Shown here: positions 9,476 to 19,417 of the stretch, piece by piece
How positions within the stretch are numbered: the stretch's first letter is position 1
How the letters are laid out: every line of letters begins with the position of its first letter
Source: a virus
Direction: 5' to 3' (one strand)
DNA length: 64,000 nucleotides
IMG/VR virus record: IMGVR_UViG_3300017731_002846
Coordinates: 1-64,000 of that record
The notes under the pieces: model-generated
What the model saw: the letters and a program-made list of their open reading frames with translations, nothing else
The model's database searches: none
What the model was told of the DNA's origin: nothing
Translations under genes and position numbers: made by a program

Positions 9476-9814
9476 TCATGTATTTTTATACATATTATTT
9501 TGAAAGTTTTCGATTTTATTTTTTCTTTCTATTTCGGCTCTTTTTTTTGAATAAGCATCAGATACTTTAAATGGGTCATCTTCATCACAACCCCTACCAA
9601 AAACATCATGACCTTGCATATTTCCTTGGTTTTCTTCATCGGTAAACCATTGATAATCTAAATTAAAAATACTATCAACATTAGATGGATGAAATCCCGC
9701 GCTGACGAGTAATCCTTTGAATTGTTCTGCGAGATCATAAACATTTGAACCATCAAAAGACTCTTCCGATTCAACGCTATAAGTTTTATTATGTAATCTA
9801 AGTGATAGTTTCAT
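9476..9814 (-). CDS. hypothetical protein
   Basis: ORF track. Confidence 0.7.
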   Translation of the reverse strand: MKLSLRLHNKTYSVESEESFDGSNVYDLAEQFKGLLVSAGFHPSNVDSIFNLDYQWFTDEENQGNMQGHDVFGRGCDEDDPFKVSDAYSKKRAEIERKNKIENFQNNMYKNT

Positions 9815-10194
9815 TTTCTTTGGTATCCTTTATCTTTATCTAATTCGTTATGTAGTTCTTTATGGCAATTAGAGCATAATATTTGACATTTGTCAAGTTC
9901 ATTTTCAACTCTTTCGTTGAAAGACCAACTTTTAGCTTTAGAGATTTGAAAGTCTTTTTGACTTGGGTCACGATGATGAAATTCTAATGCTCCTTGAAAT
10001 TTATCATAACCGCAAATTTCGCATTTTCCACCTTTATACTCAATACATTTAGTTTTAAATTTTCTTTGCCTTAATAAGGCTTCTGCATTAGTACAAGGCT
10101 TGCAATAAGAACTAGCACCATCAATACCCCTTTTTTTATAAAAAGAGGATTTAGGCTTATTATCCTTGCAGTATGAACAATACTTTAATTCCAT
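9811..10194 (-). CDS. HNH endonuclease
   Basis: YKGGKCEICGY...ALEFHHRDP...KCQILCSNCHKELH. Confidence 0.9.
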   Translation of the reverse strand: MELKYCSYCKDNKPKSSFYKKRGIDGASSYCKPCTNAEALLRQRKFKTKCIEYKGGKCEICGYDKFQGALEFHHRDPSQKDFQISKAKSWSFNERVENELDKCQILCSNCHKELHNELDKDKGYQRK

Positions 10195-10547
10195 TCAAAG
10201 TCAATATTATAACCTACTGCGCGACGCTTGTCAATGTTTTTTGATGGGCAAGTAACCTCAATACAAATATCACGCCCAAGAGAATCACCATCAATGATTG
10301 GCGCACCTTCCTTGTCCATTTCTTCTACCCAATCTATATTTAGGTCGCTAGATGGAAACAAATCATACTCTGATTCATCATCCAACCACATAATGGGTGC
10401 AGACATTACATCTTCATCATCTTCTTGTCTAATTGTTAGCCAACTATCTATTTGCACACTAGGCATTTCATTTAAACTTGAAATGTGTTGAGATGTCGGG
10501 CGGTTTCTATTATATTGATCCACTAAATATTCAGCATCTTTAATCAT
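10185..10547 (-). CDS. acidic hypothetical protein
   Basis: ORF track; promoter 7 nt upstream. Confidence 0.7.
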   Translation of the reverse strand: MIKDAEYLVDQYNRNRPTSQHISSLNEMPSVQIDSWLTIRQEDDEDVMSAPIMWLDDESEYDLFPSSDLNIDWVEEMDKEGAPIIDGDSLGRDICIEVTCPSKNIDKRRAVGYNIDFEWN

Positions 10548-10572
10548 AGCTATATATATAGCATAGAATTAA

Positions 10573-11598
10573 TCATTTGTCAACTTCAATTTGATCTAAT
10601 TGTTTGCAATTTTTGGGAGCTTTGCGAACTTTATAATGTTTTTTAGGTAAGTTGCCATGTTCATCTAAGCAAGGCTTAACGAGTATCCACTCGCCTTTCT
10701 TGTGAGTAAAACACTCGTCTTGCAAAAACCTCAGATGACCAACTCTGCCATTTTTTAACTTAGAACCTTTACTGCTAGATTTCTTCTGATGCTCTTTTCT
10801 TAGCTTGACCAATAAAGGCAGACTTGAAACGCGAAAAGATGGAGTATCCTTTTTGAAATAATTCCCCGAAATTTTTGAACGAGCTTTCTTTTTCATTTTA
10901 CCGCTCAATTTAGTTGGCTTTAAATACGGAACACTTGTAAATGCTAAAATTTTAAAACAAGTTTCAACAAATGTAAGGCTCTCTTCCCAATCCATAGTAT
11001 CACTCATCTCTTGATCTACATTTTGAATTCTTTCGCAAATTGAAGAAAGAGTGAAATTCGCTGAAAACAATCCACGAGCAACTTTTCCATCTTTAAAAAT
11101 AGAATAAATAAAGAAAGATGTATTTTGTTTTAAAATTTCCTTCCTAGCCACTTGCATATCAATATGATGATCGGGGGGAAAATGCCAAGTATCTATAAAA
11201 TTAAGTATTTCGGCGCGGTTACATTTTTGCAACATTAAAGAAGGATGGCTACTTCTTTCAAAATTAAAATATATTGAGTCGCTCATCATAAATGAAGAAC
11301 TTAAAGTATGATCCTTAACCTCAATAGAAGATAGAGCATCAAATATATTCACATCAACAGAATAAATCGAGCCTTTTTGTTCGTGAAACCATCTAGAAAT
11401 AGTGTCCACCCCATCACTTTTACAATCAAAAATTTCAGCGTCCGTTAACTCCCCTGTTAAATCCAAGCTATTTAATGGGATTGAGCGTTGAAAAGAAACA
11501 TCTACATAATCTCCATGCATTATTGTCTCGACTATATTAGTCTTAACATTTAGGCTATTAGGTAAAATATTATTAATTAATTCATCTGTTACATTCAT
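10573..11598 (-). CDS. hypothetical protein with a basic RVGHLR C-terminus
   Basis: 341-aa ORF; leaderless-type promoter. Confidence 0.8.
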   Translation of the reverse strand: MNVTDELINNILPNSLNVKTNIVETIMHGDYVDVSFQRSIPLNSLDLTGELTDAEIFDCKSDGVDTISRWFHEQKGSIYSVDVNIFDALSSIEVKDHTLSSSFMMSDSIYFNFERSSHPSLMLQKCNRAEILNFIDTWHFPPDHHIDMQVARKEILKQNTSFFIYSIFKDGKVARGLFSANFTLSSICERIQNVDQEMSDTMDWEESLTFVETCFKILAFTSVPYLKPTKLSGKMKKKARSKISGNYFKKDTPSFRVSSLPLLVKLRKEHQKKSSSKGSKLKNGRVGHLRFLQDECFTHKKGEWILVKPCLDEHGNLPKKHYKVRKAPKNCKQLDQIEVDK

Positions 11599-11700
11599 AG
11601 CTACAATATAGAATAAATAATCAACCCTGTCAACACCAAAAGAATAAAATACTCAACCAACAAATACTTATTATAAGCAAGAGTGTCAAGAAATCGGTCA

Positions 11701-11901
11701 TTAATCCAATACCACAACTTCTTCATCATAATCATATTGACCATCAGTACAGATATGGCAAACTCCATGCCCTTGTTGGGGGCAAGTATGCACAACAACC
11801 TCTTCGTCACAATCCATGCACTCGATATGCTTGCAACTCATAAGCACCAAAAACCATATCACTAAAGCAGTTATAATTAAATATTTAATAAACCAACTCA
11901 T
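11701..11901 (-). CDS. small Cys-rich membrane/lipoprotein
   Basis: Hydrophobic N-terminus ending LMSC; CxxC motifs. Confidence 0.55.
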   Translation of the reverse strand: MSWFIKYLIITALVIWFLVLMSCKHIECMDCDEEVVVHTCPQQGHGVCHICTDGQYDYDEEVVVLD

Positions 11902-12256
11902 CTTTATTTACATCGTGATATGTTATTTCTCCATTAATATAATCAAATATAAAAGCATAAGTGTTTGTGTCAATTTGATGATATGGATTGTCCTTTGTTG
12001 GCTCATCAACTGCATAAGCAGAGCAATGCCAATGATTGACGTAACCTTCTTGGTCTGAAGAGAAACCTAAGTCAGATTCATGTACATTGTAATCAATGAA
12101 AGTGCCATCGTCTAGCCCAACACTATTCCAATAATCGTAAGGATCAGCATTGTCTAGTTCCGCGTCGGGATTAGCCTCGATCTTTTTGATATGATCGAGT
12201 GCGAGTTTTACAATTAATTCTGTTGTCTCTTTTGAGAGTTCTAATAATGTAGCCAT
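11885..12256 (-). CDS. hypothetical protein
   Basis: ORF track. Confidence 0.7.
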   Translation of the reverse strand: MATLLELSKETTELIVKLALDHIKKIEANPDAELDNADPYDYWNSVGLDDGTFIDYNVHESDLGFSSDQEGYVNHWHCSAYAVDEPTKDNPYHQIDTNTYAFIFDYINGEITYHDVNKDELVY

Positions 12257-12261
12257 AATGT

Positions 12262-12522
12262 TTATTCTCCTTGTTTTGTTTTCATGTAATTTTGATCAAA
12301 CATATCATCTTCATCGAAGAGTTTATTTTGGCATCGGTAGTTTTGATACTCTACCCACAACTTATCGTACAAAGTTTGATGTAGTTGGCTCATTCCGATC
12401 AACATATTTAATAACTCGTCTTCTGTATATTGACGAGGGGCATCTCCAATCGCATACATGAGAGTATTAATATCCTCGTGAATGTTGGACATATTAGCTA
12501 TTGCTTGTTCTAATTTATTCAT
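12262..12522 (-). CDS. hypothetical protein
   Basis: ORF track. Confidence 0.7.
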   Translation of the reverse strand: MNKLEQAIANMSNIHEDINTLMYAIGDAPRQYTEDELLNMLIGMSQLHQTLYDKLWVEYQNYRCQNKLFDEDDMFDQNYMKTKQGE

Positions 12523-13012
12523 GGTATCTAACTATATATGTTTTGAATGATCTGTCAACTAAAATATCGTGGATCATTGTATTGATGATTCTTTTGCTTC
12601 CACCCGCAAGACCGCAAGAAATGCCGTAGGGTAACCCTAAAACCTTCTCTTCGTCATCGTGCTTACTTTGCCATTCAATATGATCTGCGACATTTTCTAG
12701 GGCAACATAGAATGCCTCGTAATTAACTGCTCGTTTGCCCCCAATTTTATCTTGCGTATACATATTATATATGCCTTTCGTTTGGGTAGCATCAGTCCAT
12801 GCGAAACTAAAGTCTCCCAAAACATTTTCACCTTCCATCATTGCATGACAATCAGCAGAGTATGCTTCGGGGTAAGTGTGTTTAATGTCTCGCGCAATAC
12901 CTGCGCCCATCACATTATGAGTATTACAGGAATGAGCAATGTAATCAAACCCATGAAAGTGCATCTTTAGTAAGTTGCCATCAATAATTTCTATATTTTC
13001 AGTAGCGATCAT
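12515..13012 (-). CDS. macrodomain (ADP-ribose processing) protein
   Basis: IAHSCN...MGAGIA, NMYTQ, PYGISCGLAGG. Confidence 0.85.
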   Translation of the reverse strand: MIATENIEIIDGNLLKMHFHGFDYIAHSCNTHNVMGAGIARDIKHTYPEAYSADCHAMMEGENVLGDFSFAWTDATQTKGIYNMYTQDKIGGKRAVNYEAFYVALENVADHIEWQSKHDDEEKVLGLPYGISCGLAGGSKRIINTMIHDILVDRSFKTYIVRYHE

Positions 13013-13021
13013 GTTAGTACC

Positions 13022-14041
13022 CTAAACTGAACATTCAGATTTGTCAAATATATTTTTGAGCAACAATGCAATAGCTTTGTCTTTACCTTTCACTTCGCAT
13101 TCCCACTTTGCAGGTTTATCGGGTTCAATCGCAATATGTGGTGGAAAACTACCAAGAGCAAAATATTCTGCATGAGCGCGAGGCTTTTCGGGAGTACCTT
13201 CTGACCAATGAAAGACAGGAGCAATAAAATATCCTTCACTATCACCTTGAGCTATCCATGTGTGTGCACAACGTTCTGCTTGAAATCCAATACTGCGATC
13301 TTCTGATGGATTGCAAAAGTCATGTAGATTGTCATAACAAACAGGGATATTAACGCCATGCACCGCAAACAAATACTCGCTAAATTTAATACATTTATCT
13401 ACATTGAAGAAACCTTTGTCTTCGTTCTCGATAGTAAGACGATTGTAGACGCCACTATTGCACATGGAGAGGTTACGAAAGAATCTAGTAGCAACAATTT
13501 CTAAACTTTCATCCATCTTAGGGGTGTAATTAATATGGATGTTCATTGGAGCAGTATGATCTTGAGGCAACCCCATCTTATCAAGTACATAAGCTTGCAT
13601 ATTTAGTTCGCCAATAGTTCTACGAACCGCATCTTGATTCAAGGAAGCTAACACATTGAATTGATCGGGGTGAGAACCCATACTTATGTCGTTCTCCCTA
13701 GCAGTTTTACCTACTTGCTTTAATTCTTCTTTGATTTGCTCAATATCGGGCAACTCTTCAATATCAATACCCAAAGTTTCATCGGTAACGAGAGGAAAAA
13801 GAGCAGAGCTAACACGATAATGCCCGATATTTGACTTAGCACAATGACCGACAATAGATTCAGTAACAACAACATTATGCAAAATTCTATTAGACAACTC
13901 TTTAATTGCTTCATCTCTACCTTCTTTTACACATAGATCGTTAAACCTTTTACGTGTCATTGTGCGAAAGGAATATTCTTTCTTGTCTTTCTCTTTTAGT
14001 ATCTCGCTAATGCAAGTTAAGCCTAGTATTTGATCTGTCAT
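13022..14041 (-). CDS. uvsE: UV damage endonuclease
   Basis: YRVSSALFP, HPDQF, IENED, DNLH, HWSE, RAHA, EVKGKD. Confidence 0.92.
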   Translation of the reverse strand: MTDQILGLTCISEILKEKDKKEYSFRTMTRKRFNDLCVKEGRDEAIKELSNRILHNVVVTESIVGHCAKSNIGHYRVSSALFPLVTDETLGIDIEELPDIEQIKEELKQVGKTARENDISMGSHPDQFNVLASLNQDAVRRTIGELNMQAYVLDKMGLPQDHTAPMNIHINYTPKMDESLEIVATRFFRNLSMCNSGVYNRLTIENEDKGFFNVDKCIKFSEYLFAVHGVNIPVCYDNLHDFCNPSEDRSIGFQAERCAHTWIAQGDSEGYFIAPVFHWSEGTPEKPRAHAEYFALGSFPPHIAIEPDKPAKWECEVKGKDKAIALLLKNIFDKSECSV

Positions 14042-14092
14042 TGTTACAATATGGCGAATATAGAATGGTTTGTCAATAGCAAAATGAAAAAA

Positions 14093-14097
14093 GTGTA
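14093..14097 (+). promoter_or_regulatory. GTGTA upstream motif (candidate late promoter)
   Basis: 9 nt before ATG; recurs at 12 intergenic sites. Confidence 0.55.
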
Positions 14098-14106
14098 CTC
14101 ATATAT

Positions 14107-14292
14107 ATGAACAGATCACAAATTAGAAGAACAAATATAAAGTATTTAGAGAAATTTTTTAGTTCAATTATTTTATTTAAAGATTTCCCTGTCAAAAGAA
14201 CGTTACGTGCTGAATCTTGGGCACAAGATTTTTACGAACAATTAAGTGATGAAGACAAGCAAGCACTTTACGATCAAATAATCAAAGAATGA
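14107..14292 (+). CDS. hypothetical protein
   Basis: ORF track; GTGTA motif upstream. Confidence 0.65.
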   Translation: MNRSQIRRTNIKYLEKFFSSIILFKDFPVKRTLRAESWAQDFYEQLSDEDKQALYDQIIKE

Positions 14293-14531
14293 ATATATCT
14301 GTAACAGAAATAGTATTTGTAACTCTTGGAATCATGCTTTCAGTTGTAGCTTTCTTTTTAAAAAAAGAGAGCATGAAAGTTGACCGATTACAAAAACGAA
14401 TAACTGATATGGAAATCGAATTAGCTAGGAATTCAGCTAGAGATTCAGAAAGATGGCGACAAACAACTAAACTATTAGAAGATAGAAGAATTGATGTTCA
14501 TCAAATATTTGACCAAATAAATAAAAAATGA
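14289..14531 (+). CDS. single-TM coiled-coil protein (holin-like architecture)
   Basis: N-terminal TM followed by coiled coil. Confidence 0.55.
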   Translation: MNISVTEIVFVTLGIMLSVVAFFLKKESMKVDRLQKRITDMEIELARNSARDSERWRQTTKLLEDRRIDVHQIFDQINKK

Positions 14532-14616
14532 ACTTTATTATGGAACTATGGGACTTGCTCCTGTTTCTGGCACTAGCGGGTTCACTAATGTCTGTTATTT
14601 TAAATAAATAAAAAAA

Positions 14617-14973
14617 TTATTCGCGCGAATAATCATCCTCGATGCGAACAATATCATCTTCACCAAAATAAGTACCTGTTTGAACTTCAACAAGCACCAT
14701 ATCTTCGGTTTCGCTTGGATTTGCCATGCGATGCTTGTCTCCCAAGCCAATCAATGCAGTTTCACCAACTTGGTAATCTTTATCAACGCCATTTTGTGTT
14801 ACTCTTGCCACACCTTGAACAATAGTCCATGCTTCTTGCCTGTGATGATGATATTGATAGCTTAATCTTTGTTGAGGCTTAACAACAATACGTTTAACTT
14901 TACAATACTCTGTGTCGAGTAAAATTTCATAATGCCCCCAAGGGCGAATTGATTCGTCTTCTTGTTTATTCAT
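14617..14973 (-). CDS. cupin, mannose-6-phosphate isomerase type II C-terminal domain
   Basis: RPWG, RLSYQYHHHRQEAW, EVQTGTYFGEDDIVRIEDDY. Confidence 0.92.
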   Translation of the reverse strand: MNKQEDESIRPWGHYEILLDTEYCKVKRIVVKPQQRLSYQYHHHRQEAWTIVQGVARVTQNGVDKDYQVGETALIGLGDKHRMANPSETEDMVLVEVQTGTYFGEDDIVRIEDDYSRE

Positions 14974-15098
14974 ACTTAATATTATTATTAATAAATTCTT
15001 CTGCTTTTTCTATTATTTCGGGGTGATTATTTTTAACCCAATCAAGTAAAATTTTATCTTTATAATATTCAATCAAGTCTTGCTTGGTATAGTCTACT

Positions 15099-15509
15099 TT
15101 ATTGGTATTTGTCATTTATAGATATAATATCCCATCTATTGTCATAATTCAAGCGAAAAGTTCCTACGTTGGTTTCACCCCAAGAACATTCATTAGGAGC
15201 AAATAAACTCAAAAAATACTTACTATTATTTTTTATATAAAGATGGTATTCTTTACCAATGACAGGCTTGAACCGCATTTCAGCATTAAATATAACTTCG
15301 TTCCATTCTAACTCTTTACTTAATTGTTGATATTCAGATTTTAATTTGTCAAATCGCTCTTGATAATGTTGGTTGGCTCGATGAACCGCGCCAACTTTCC
15401 ACCCACCCAAACTATAGTTGGGCTTAATAACAGGAGCGCCCAAATCACTAGCATAAGGTAAAGACTGAGGGTTTGGCGCGACATTGTCGGGAACTTGTTT
15501 TTTAGGCAT
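15099..15509 (-). CDS. DUF2452-like protein
   Basis: LPYASDLGAP, FKPVIGKEYHLY, FLSLFAP. Confidence 0.7.
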   Translation of the reverse strand: MPKKQVPDNVAPNPQSLPYASDLGAPVIKPNYSLGGWKVGAVHRANQHYQERFDKLKSEYQQLSKELEWNEVIFNAEMRFKPVIGKEYHLYIKNNSKYFLSLFAPNECSWGETNVGTFRLNYDNRWDIISINDKYQ

Positions 15510-15703
15510 TATTTTTCGTCACCCTGCCTCCAATTCATGCACCATTTATAACTTTGTACATTCACGACTTCTTTTTTATCGTCTTCGTTTAAATAGCTAG
15601 TAGCCGTTCTTAGGTTGGTTTGCAAAGTATCAATTAAAGCGTATAAATCTGCTATTTGTTTATCTTTGTTATGTATTTCTAGTTTGAGTTGTCTTTCGTT
15701 CAT
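15509..15703 (-). CDS. hypothetical protein
   Basis: ORF track; GTGTA upstream. Confidence 0.65.
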   Translation of the reverse strand: MNERQLKLEIHNKDKQIADLYALIDTLQTNLRTATSYLNEDDKKEVVNVQSYKWCMNWRQGDEK

Positions 15704-15726
15704 ATGAACGAATAATTACACTAAAA

Positions 15727-15978
15727 TTAAGCATAAGGCTTTACATCTCCATTCTGTAAAATTTTCCTGTCTTCATACGGAGCAACCGACCTACGATACA
15801 ACTCCATCTTGGCACATTCTAAAGCACCCACTATATCATTGCAAGTTTGATAGTTAAAATCATTTTGCTCAATATAAATTGAAATTAATTGGTGCAAGGC
15901 ATAATTAAATTGCCCTGCATTTACGATTAAATTATCTTGATCTACTTTCTTTTTTTCTGATTTTGGTATGTACGGCAT
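15727..15978 (-). CDS. conserved phage protein (MPYI...YRRxxAPYED type)
   Basis: GALECAKMELYRRSVAPYED...NGDV. Confidence 0.8.
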   Translation of the reverse strand: MPYIPKSEKKKVDQDNLIVNAGQFNYALHQLISIYIEQNDFNYQTCNDIVGALECAKMELYRRSVAPYEDRKILQNGDVKPYA

Positions 15979-16038
15979 AATAGTATATAATATAGTATAT
16001 TGTTAATGAAAAGTCAAGTATATTGTGTAATATAATTT

Positions 16039-16863
16039 GTGAGTAATAAACATTACCCAAATACTGCACCTTTCGCACATGAAAGAAACACTAATGTTAA
16101 TTTCAATTATGTGTGGGATCAGTCTACTGAACATTGGATTCCGCAAACTCAATCAAGCATAAATTTAGATTATATTTTACAAAATGCAAAAGACTTTGTT
16201 CACAAATTTGGAAGTAATCCAAATATAAGCCAAAATGTTTCATTAACCAACCCCGAAGCAATATGGGATGGATCAAGTCCATATCCTTTTCCAAGCGATG
16301 CAGGAGCATCAATAGAAATTGTATCAACAGATAATGGCGATAATCAAGAAATTTTTATACAAGGATTAGATCAAAATTTTGATTTACAAGAAGCAACCGC
16401 CACTTTAAATGGAGTAACCCCTGTATCAGTATCGGGAACATGGACGAGAGTTTTTAGATCATATAATACAGGTAATACAGATATTATAGGTAGTGTCTCT
16501 ATAAGAGATTCAGTAACAACCACACAATCATATGCTCAAATATTAGACGGCAATAATCAAACTTTGATGTCTATTTATACCATACCTGCTGATTGCACAG
16601 GATACTTAATTAAATATAAAGCAAGTGCTTTTAACCCTCAGAGTTCTTCTAATATTGGATATACGTTACAATTAAAAACAAGAGAGTTTGATAAAGTTTT
16701 TAGAGTGCAATCAATTACGTCAGTAGGCACAAATCACGAAAGTGTTCACAATTTTCCATTTCCACTTAAATTAGAGCCAAAAACAGATGTTATATTTAAT
16801 GTAGTTAGCGCTAACGGAAATAATGGTGCAGTAAATGTAGATTTTGATATAGCATTACTTTAA
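16039..16863 (+). CDS. beta-rich hypothetical protein, possibly virion-associated
   Basis: HKFGSN motif; S/T/N-rich; GTGTA 9 nt upstream of GTG start. Confidence 0.7.
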   Translation: MSNKHYPNTAPFAHERNTNVNFNYVWDQSTEHWIPQTQSSINLDYILQNAKDFVHKFGSNPNISQNVSLTNPEAIWDGSSPYPFPSDAGASIEIVSTDNGDNQEIFIQGLDQNFDLQEATATLNGVTPVSVSGTWTRVFRSYNTGNTDIIGSVSIRDSVTTTQSYAQILDGNNQTLMSIYTIPADCTGYLIKYKASAFNPQSSSNIGYTLQLKTREFDKVFRVQSITSVGTNHESVHNFPFPLKLEPKTDVIFNVVSANGNNGAVNVDFDIALL

Positions 16864-17040
16864 TTAAATAGGGTCTTTATTTATTTCATCAATAAATTCT
16901 TTTAATTTAAATTCTAAATGTTTAGTATAATTCGCTAACTCAAGGATGCCATTATAATATCTTTGACGATCTTCTTCGTGATGCAAGGAAGACTCAATCA
17001 AAGTTTGTTTAATAATATATTCAATTTCTTGTGGTTTCAT
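16864..17040 (-). CDS. hypothetical protein
   Basis: ORF track; start MKPQE. Confidence 0.6.
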   Translation of the reverse strand: MKPQEIEYIIKQTLIESSLHHEEDRQRYYNGILELANYTKHLEFKLKEFIDEINKDPI

Positions 17041-17042
17041 AT

Positions 17043-17969
17043 TTATAATGCCTCGCATAATTGACGACCAAACCTAGTAATCTTTCGCTTGCCATCTATT
17101 TCCATTAAGTTTTTGTTCAAAAGATAGAGTTCGTGATCTCTTTGTAATGCGGTCTTACTTAATCCAATCCTTGCGGAAATCCCTGTTAATGTAGCCTCAC
17201 CAACTTTTTTAAGAAACTGCAATATTTGTTTCTCTGTATGTGTTAATCCATGAGGTAAGATGCCAACTTTATCAGATAAGTCTCTGAAGTTCGCAAGACT
17301 AAAACTATAGTCTTCTTCCGCCCCGCAATAAAGGACGATTTCTTTTGCTCTTTTAACCGCGCTACGAGCATTACCCCTAATAGTAGAAGCTACTTCAACT
17401 AAGCAGTCATCGTCAATTTCAACTTCGGGCGCACATAGCTTTACGATTTCGGACAACTCCTCTTCATTGTAAGCCTCAAAATCAATAGTAGTCAACCTAT
17501 CTTTAAGAGGTGGAAAGATTTTATCAGTCTCGGTTGTGGCGAAAATAAAGGTTTGTTGCTTAAAATTAAACTCAAAATTCTGACCATTCCATTCGAAATT
17601 CTTACGACTATTTGCCTCTGCATTAAATATGGTCAAAAATGCCATTGTTAAATCTTTTGGCAGAGCATGGCACTCATCGAACAAAATAGTTACTTCGTTG
17701 TCAGCGATGATTGGCATAAAAATTTGCTCAAAAAATTGCTCGTTGTTTTTAATAGTGGAGCAGTTTAACTCAAGGAATGCTCTTTTGTCACCATCTTTAT
17801 TACAAAGGTTTTGCGCAAATGCTTTTGCGAACTCAGTCTTGCCAAGACCTTTTGCCCCCGCCATAAGTAAAAATGGGGATTGAGAGGTTTTATGAAATGC
17901 ATCTAAATAAAAAGATAATTTTTTCTTAACTGCTTGTTGCCCAATAAGATCGGGGAAATAATTGCTCAT
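17043..17969 (-). CDS. ruvB: RuvB-like Holliday junction branch-migration ATPase
   Basis: LIGQ, GAKGLGKT, FDECH, FATT, PLKDR, RGNAR, winged-helix C-terminus. Confidence 0.85.
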   Translation of the reverse strand: MSNYFPDLIGQQAVKKKLSFYLDAFHKTSQSPFLLMAGAKGLGKTEFAKAFAQNLCNKDGDKRAFLELNCSTIKNNEQFFEQIFMPIIADNEVTILFDECHALPKDLTMAFLTIFNAEANSRKNFEWNGQNFEFNFKQQTFIFATTETDKIFPPLKDRLTTIDFEAYNEEELSEIVKLCAPEVEIDDDCLVEVASTIRGNARSAVKRAKEIVLYCGAEEDYSFSLANFRDLSDKVGILPHGLTHTEKQILQFLKKVGEATLTGISARIGLSKTALQRDHELYLLNKNLMEIDGKRKITRFGRQLCEAL

Positions 17970-17971
17970 AA

Positions 17972-18196
17972 TTAGAATTGTGTTAATGTGTATTCAATTT
18001 TAGGAATCTCTTCCTCACTAATAACTTTTGAGCCACTAGGCTCTTGTTGTATAGGGCTAATATAGTCGTGATCTGTAATGCTGTCAAGCCATTTCTTGCA
18101 GACAACAACTTTGCTTTTTCGCCCGACCCAATCGCCTAGCTCTTCATAACTAATTTCTACATATGGGCTATAGCCCTTTGGTCTTCCTCTACTCAT
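17972..18196 (-). CDS. small protein with AT-hook-like RGRPKG
   Basis: MSRGRPKG. Confidence 0.7.
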   Translation of the reverse strand: MSRGRPKGYSPYVEISYEELGDWVGRKSKVVVCKKWLDSITDHDYISPIQQEPSGSKVISEEEIPKIEYTLTQF

Positions 18197-18243
18197 AATG
18201 ACAATACATTAGCAGAAGACATATGAGTAGTCAAACAAAAACT

Positions 18244-18774
18244 TTAACTTGAGGATTTTTTAATGTCGCAGACAATGATTACATTGTAACCATCACTTGG
18301 CTCGTCCCTAGTATAAATGTATTCTACATGATGACCAAACCTAGAAGTAAGTTCGGATAATTTATTCTTCATGAACTCTAAGCCCATATCCAAGTGCTTG
18401 TGAGCTTTATTCCAAACATGAGGTTGATCTTTATTATATTCCCTATACCTCTGTTCATCAGGAAAGAATAATATTAATCTTCCATTATCTTTTAAAACTC
18501 TAACCATTTCGTTCAAAATGGGAGCGGTATCAACAAAGTCCTCAATTAAATGAGAAGAAAATACAATATCAAATTTACCATCTTCGACAGGTATTCCCTT
18601 TGTGATGTCGGCAGGTATGTCATTTAAGTCTTCACCAACTTTAGTATAAGGTCTAGGAAGATCAGATCCAACCGCATGAGGAACAACTTTACTGCCCCCG
18701 AATCCAATATCAATGATATTATTTGAGTTTAAGTAATTTAAAATATGCTTTTTATGAGCTTGTGTTTCTGACAT
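18244..18774 (-). CDS. class I SAM-dependent methyltransferase
   Basis: IDIGFGG, FDIVFSSHLIEDF, RVLKDNG. Confidence 0.88.
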   Translation of the reverse strand: MSETQAHKKHILNYLNSNNIIDIGFGGSKVVPHAVGSDLPRPYTKVGEDLNDIPADITKGIPVEDGKFDIVFSSHLIEDFVDTAPILNEMVRVLKDNGRLILFFPDEQRYREYNKDQPHVWNKAHKHLDMGLEFMKNKLSELTSRFGHHVEYIYTRDEPSDGYNVIIVCDIKKSSS

Positions 18775-18803
18775 TTTATTTATTTATTTATTTATTTAGG
18801 ATA

Positions 18804-19175
18804 CTATCCTAGTAAATCTTTTATTTCGCTTTGATGCGTTTGCATTTCTTCAATCAATGCGATAGTAATATCTTTAAGTGCTACTAGACTCATTGTGTCA
18901 ATCTCTTTTTCGGGCGGGATGTCATCATAGCTTTCATTTAATTCAATCAAATCATAAATAGCATCCATTTGTTTTTTATACAAAGTCAGCAAAATATTAA
19001 TGCACTTATTTGACTTTTTAAGAAATCGTTTCCTTTGATCTTTTTGAGGGAAATTGCCATTATTTAATAAATTATCAAGAGTTTTTGAGTTATTTAAATG
19101 TTCAGCTTCATAACTCGATATTTCTTCGGTATAAAAGTCAAATGTATCCCAAGCCAAGTTTAATTTATTTATCAT
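18804..19175 (-). CDS. hypothetical protein
   Basis: ORF track. Confidence 0.7.
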   Translation of the reverse strand: MINKLNLAWDTFDFYTEEISSYEAEHLNNSKTLDNLLNNGNFPQKDQRKRFLKKSNKCINILLTLYKKQMDAIYDLIELNESYDDIPPEKEIDTMSLVALKDITIALIEEMQTHQSEIKDLLG

Positions 19176-19417
19176 AAAAATTTATGCAATATTTCAAGCT
19201 CCCTTAAACCCAAATGCTTGGCAAAATAAAAACAAAAATCAGCCACTCGGCTTGCAGACCAAGACTCTTTATTTATAATACTTCCCACTTCGTTGTATTT
19301 ACCGCTATACCAAAGGTCAGTCAGTTTAATGTATTCAGTTTTCATAATTATTCAAAATCTATTAAACCATAATTTATTTAAAATGTCAAGGAGTAAAAAC
19401 AAAGTGTACATAATGTA

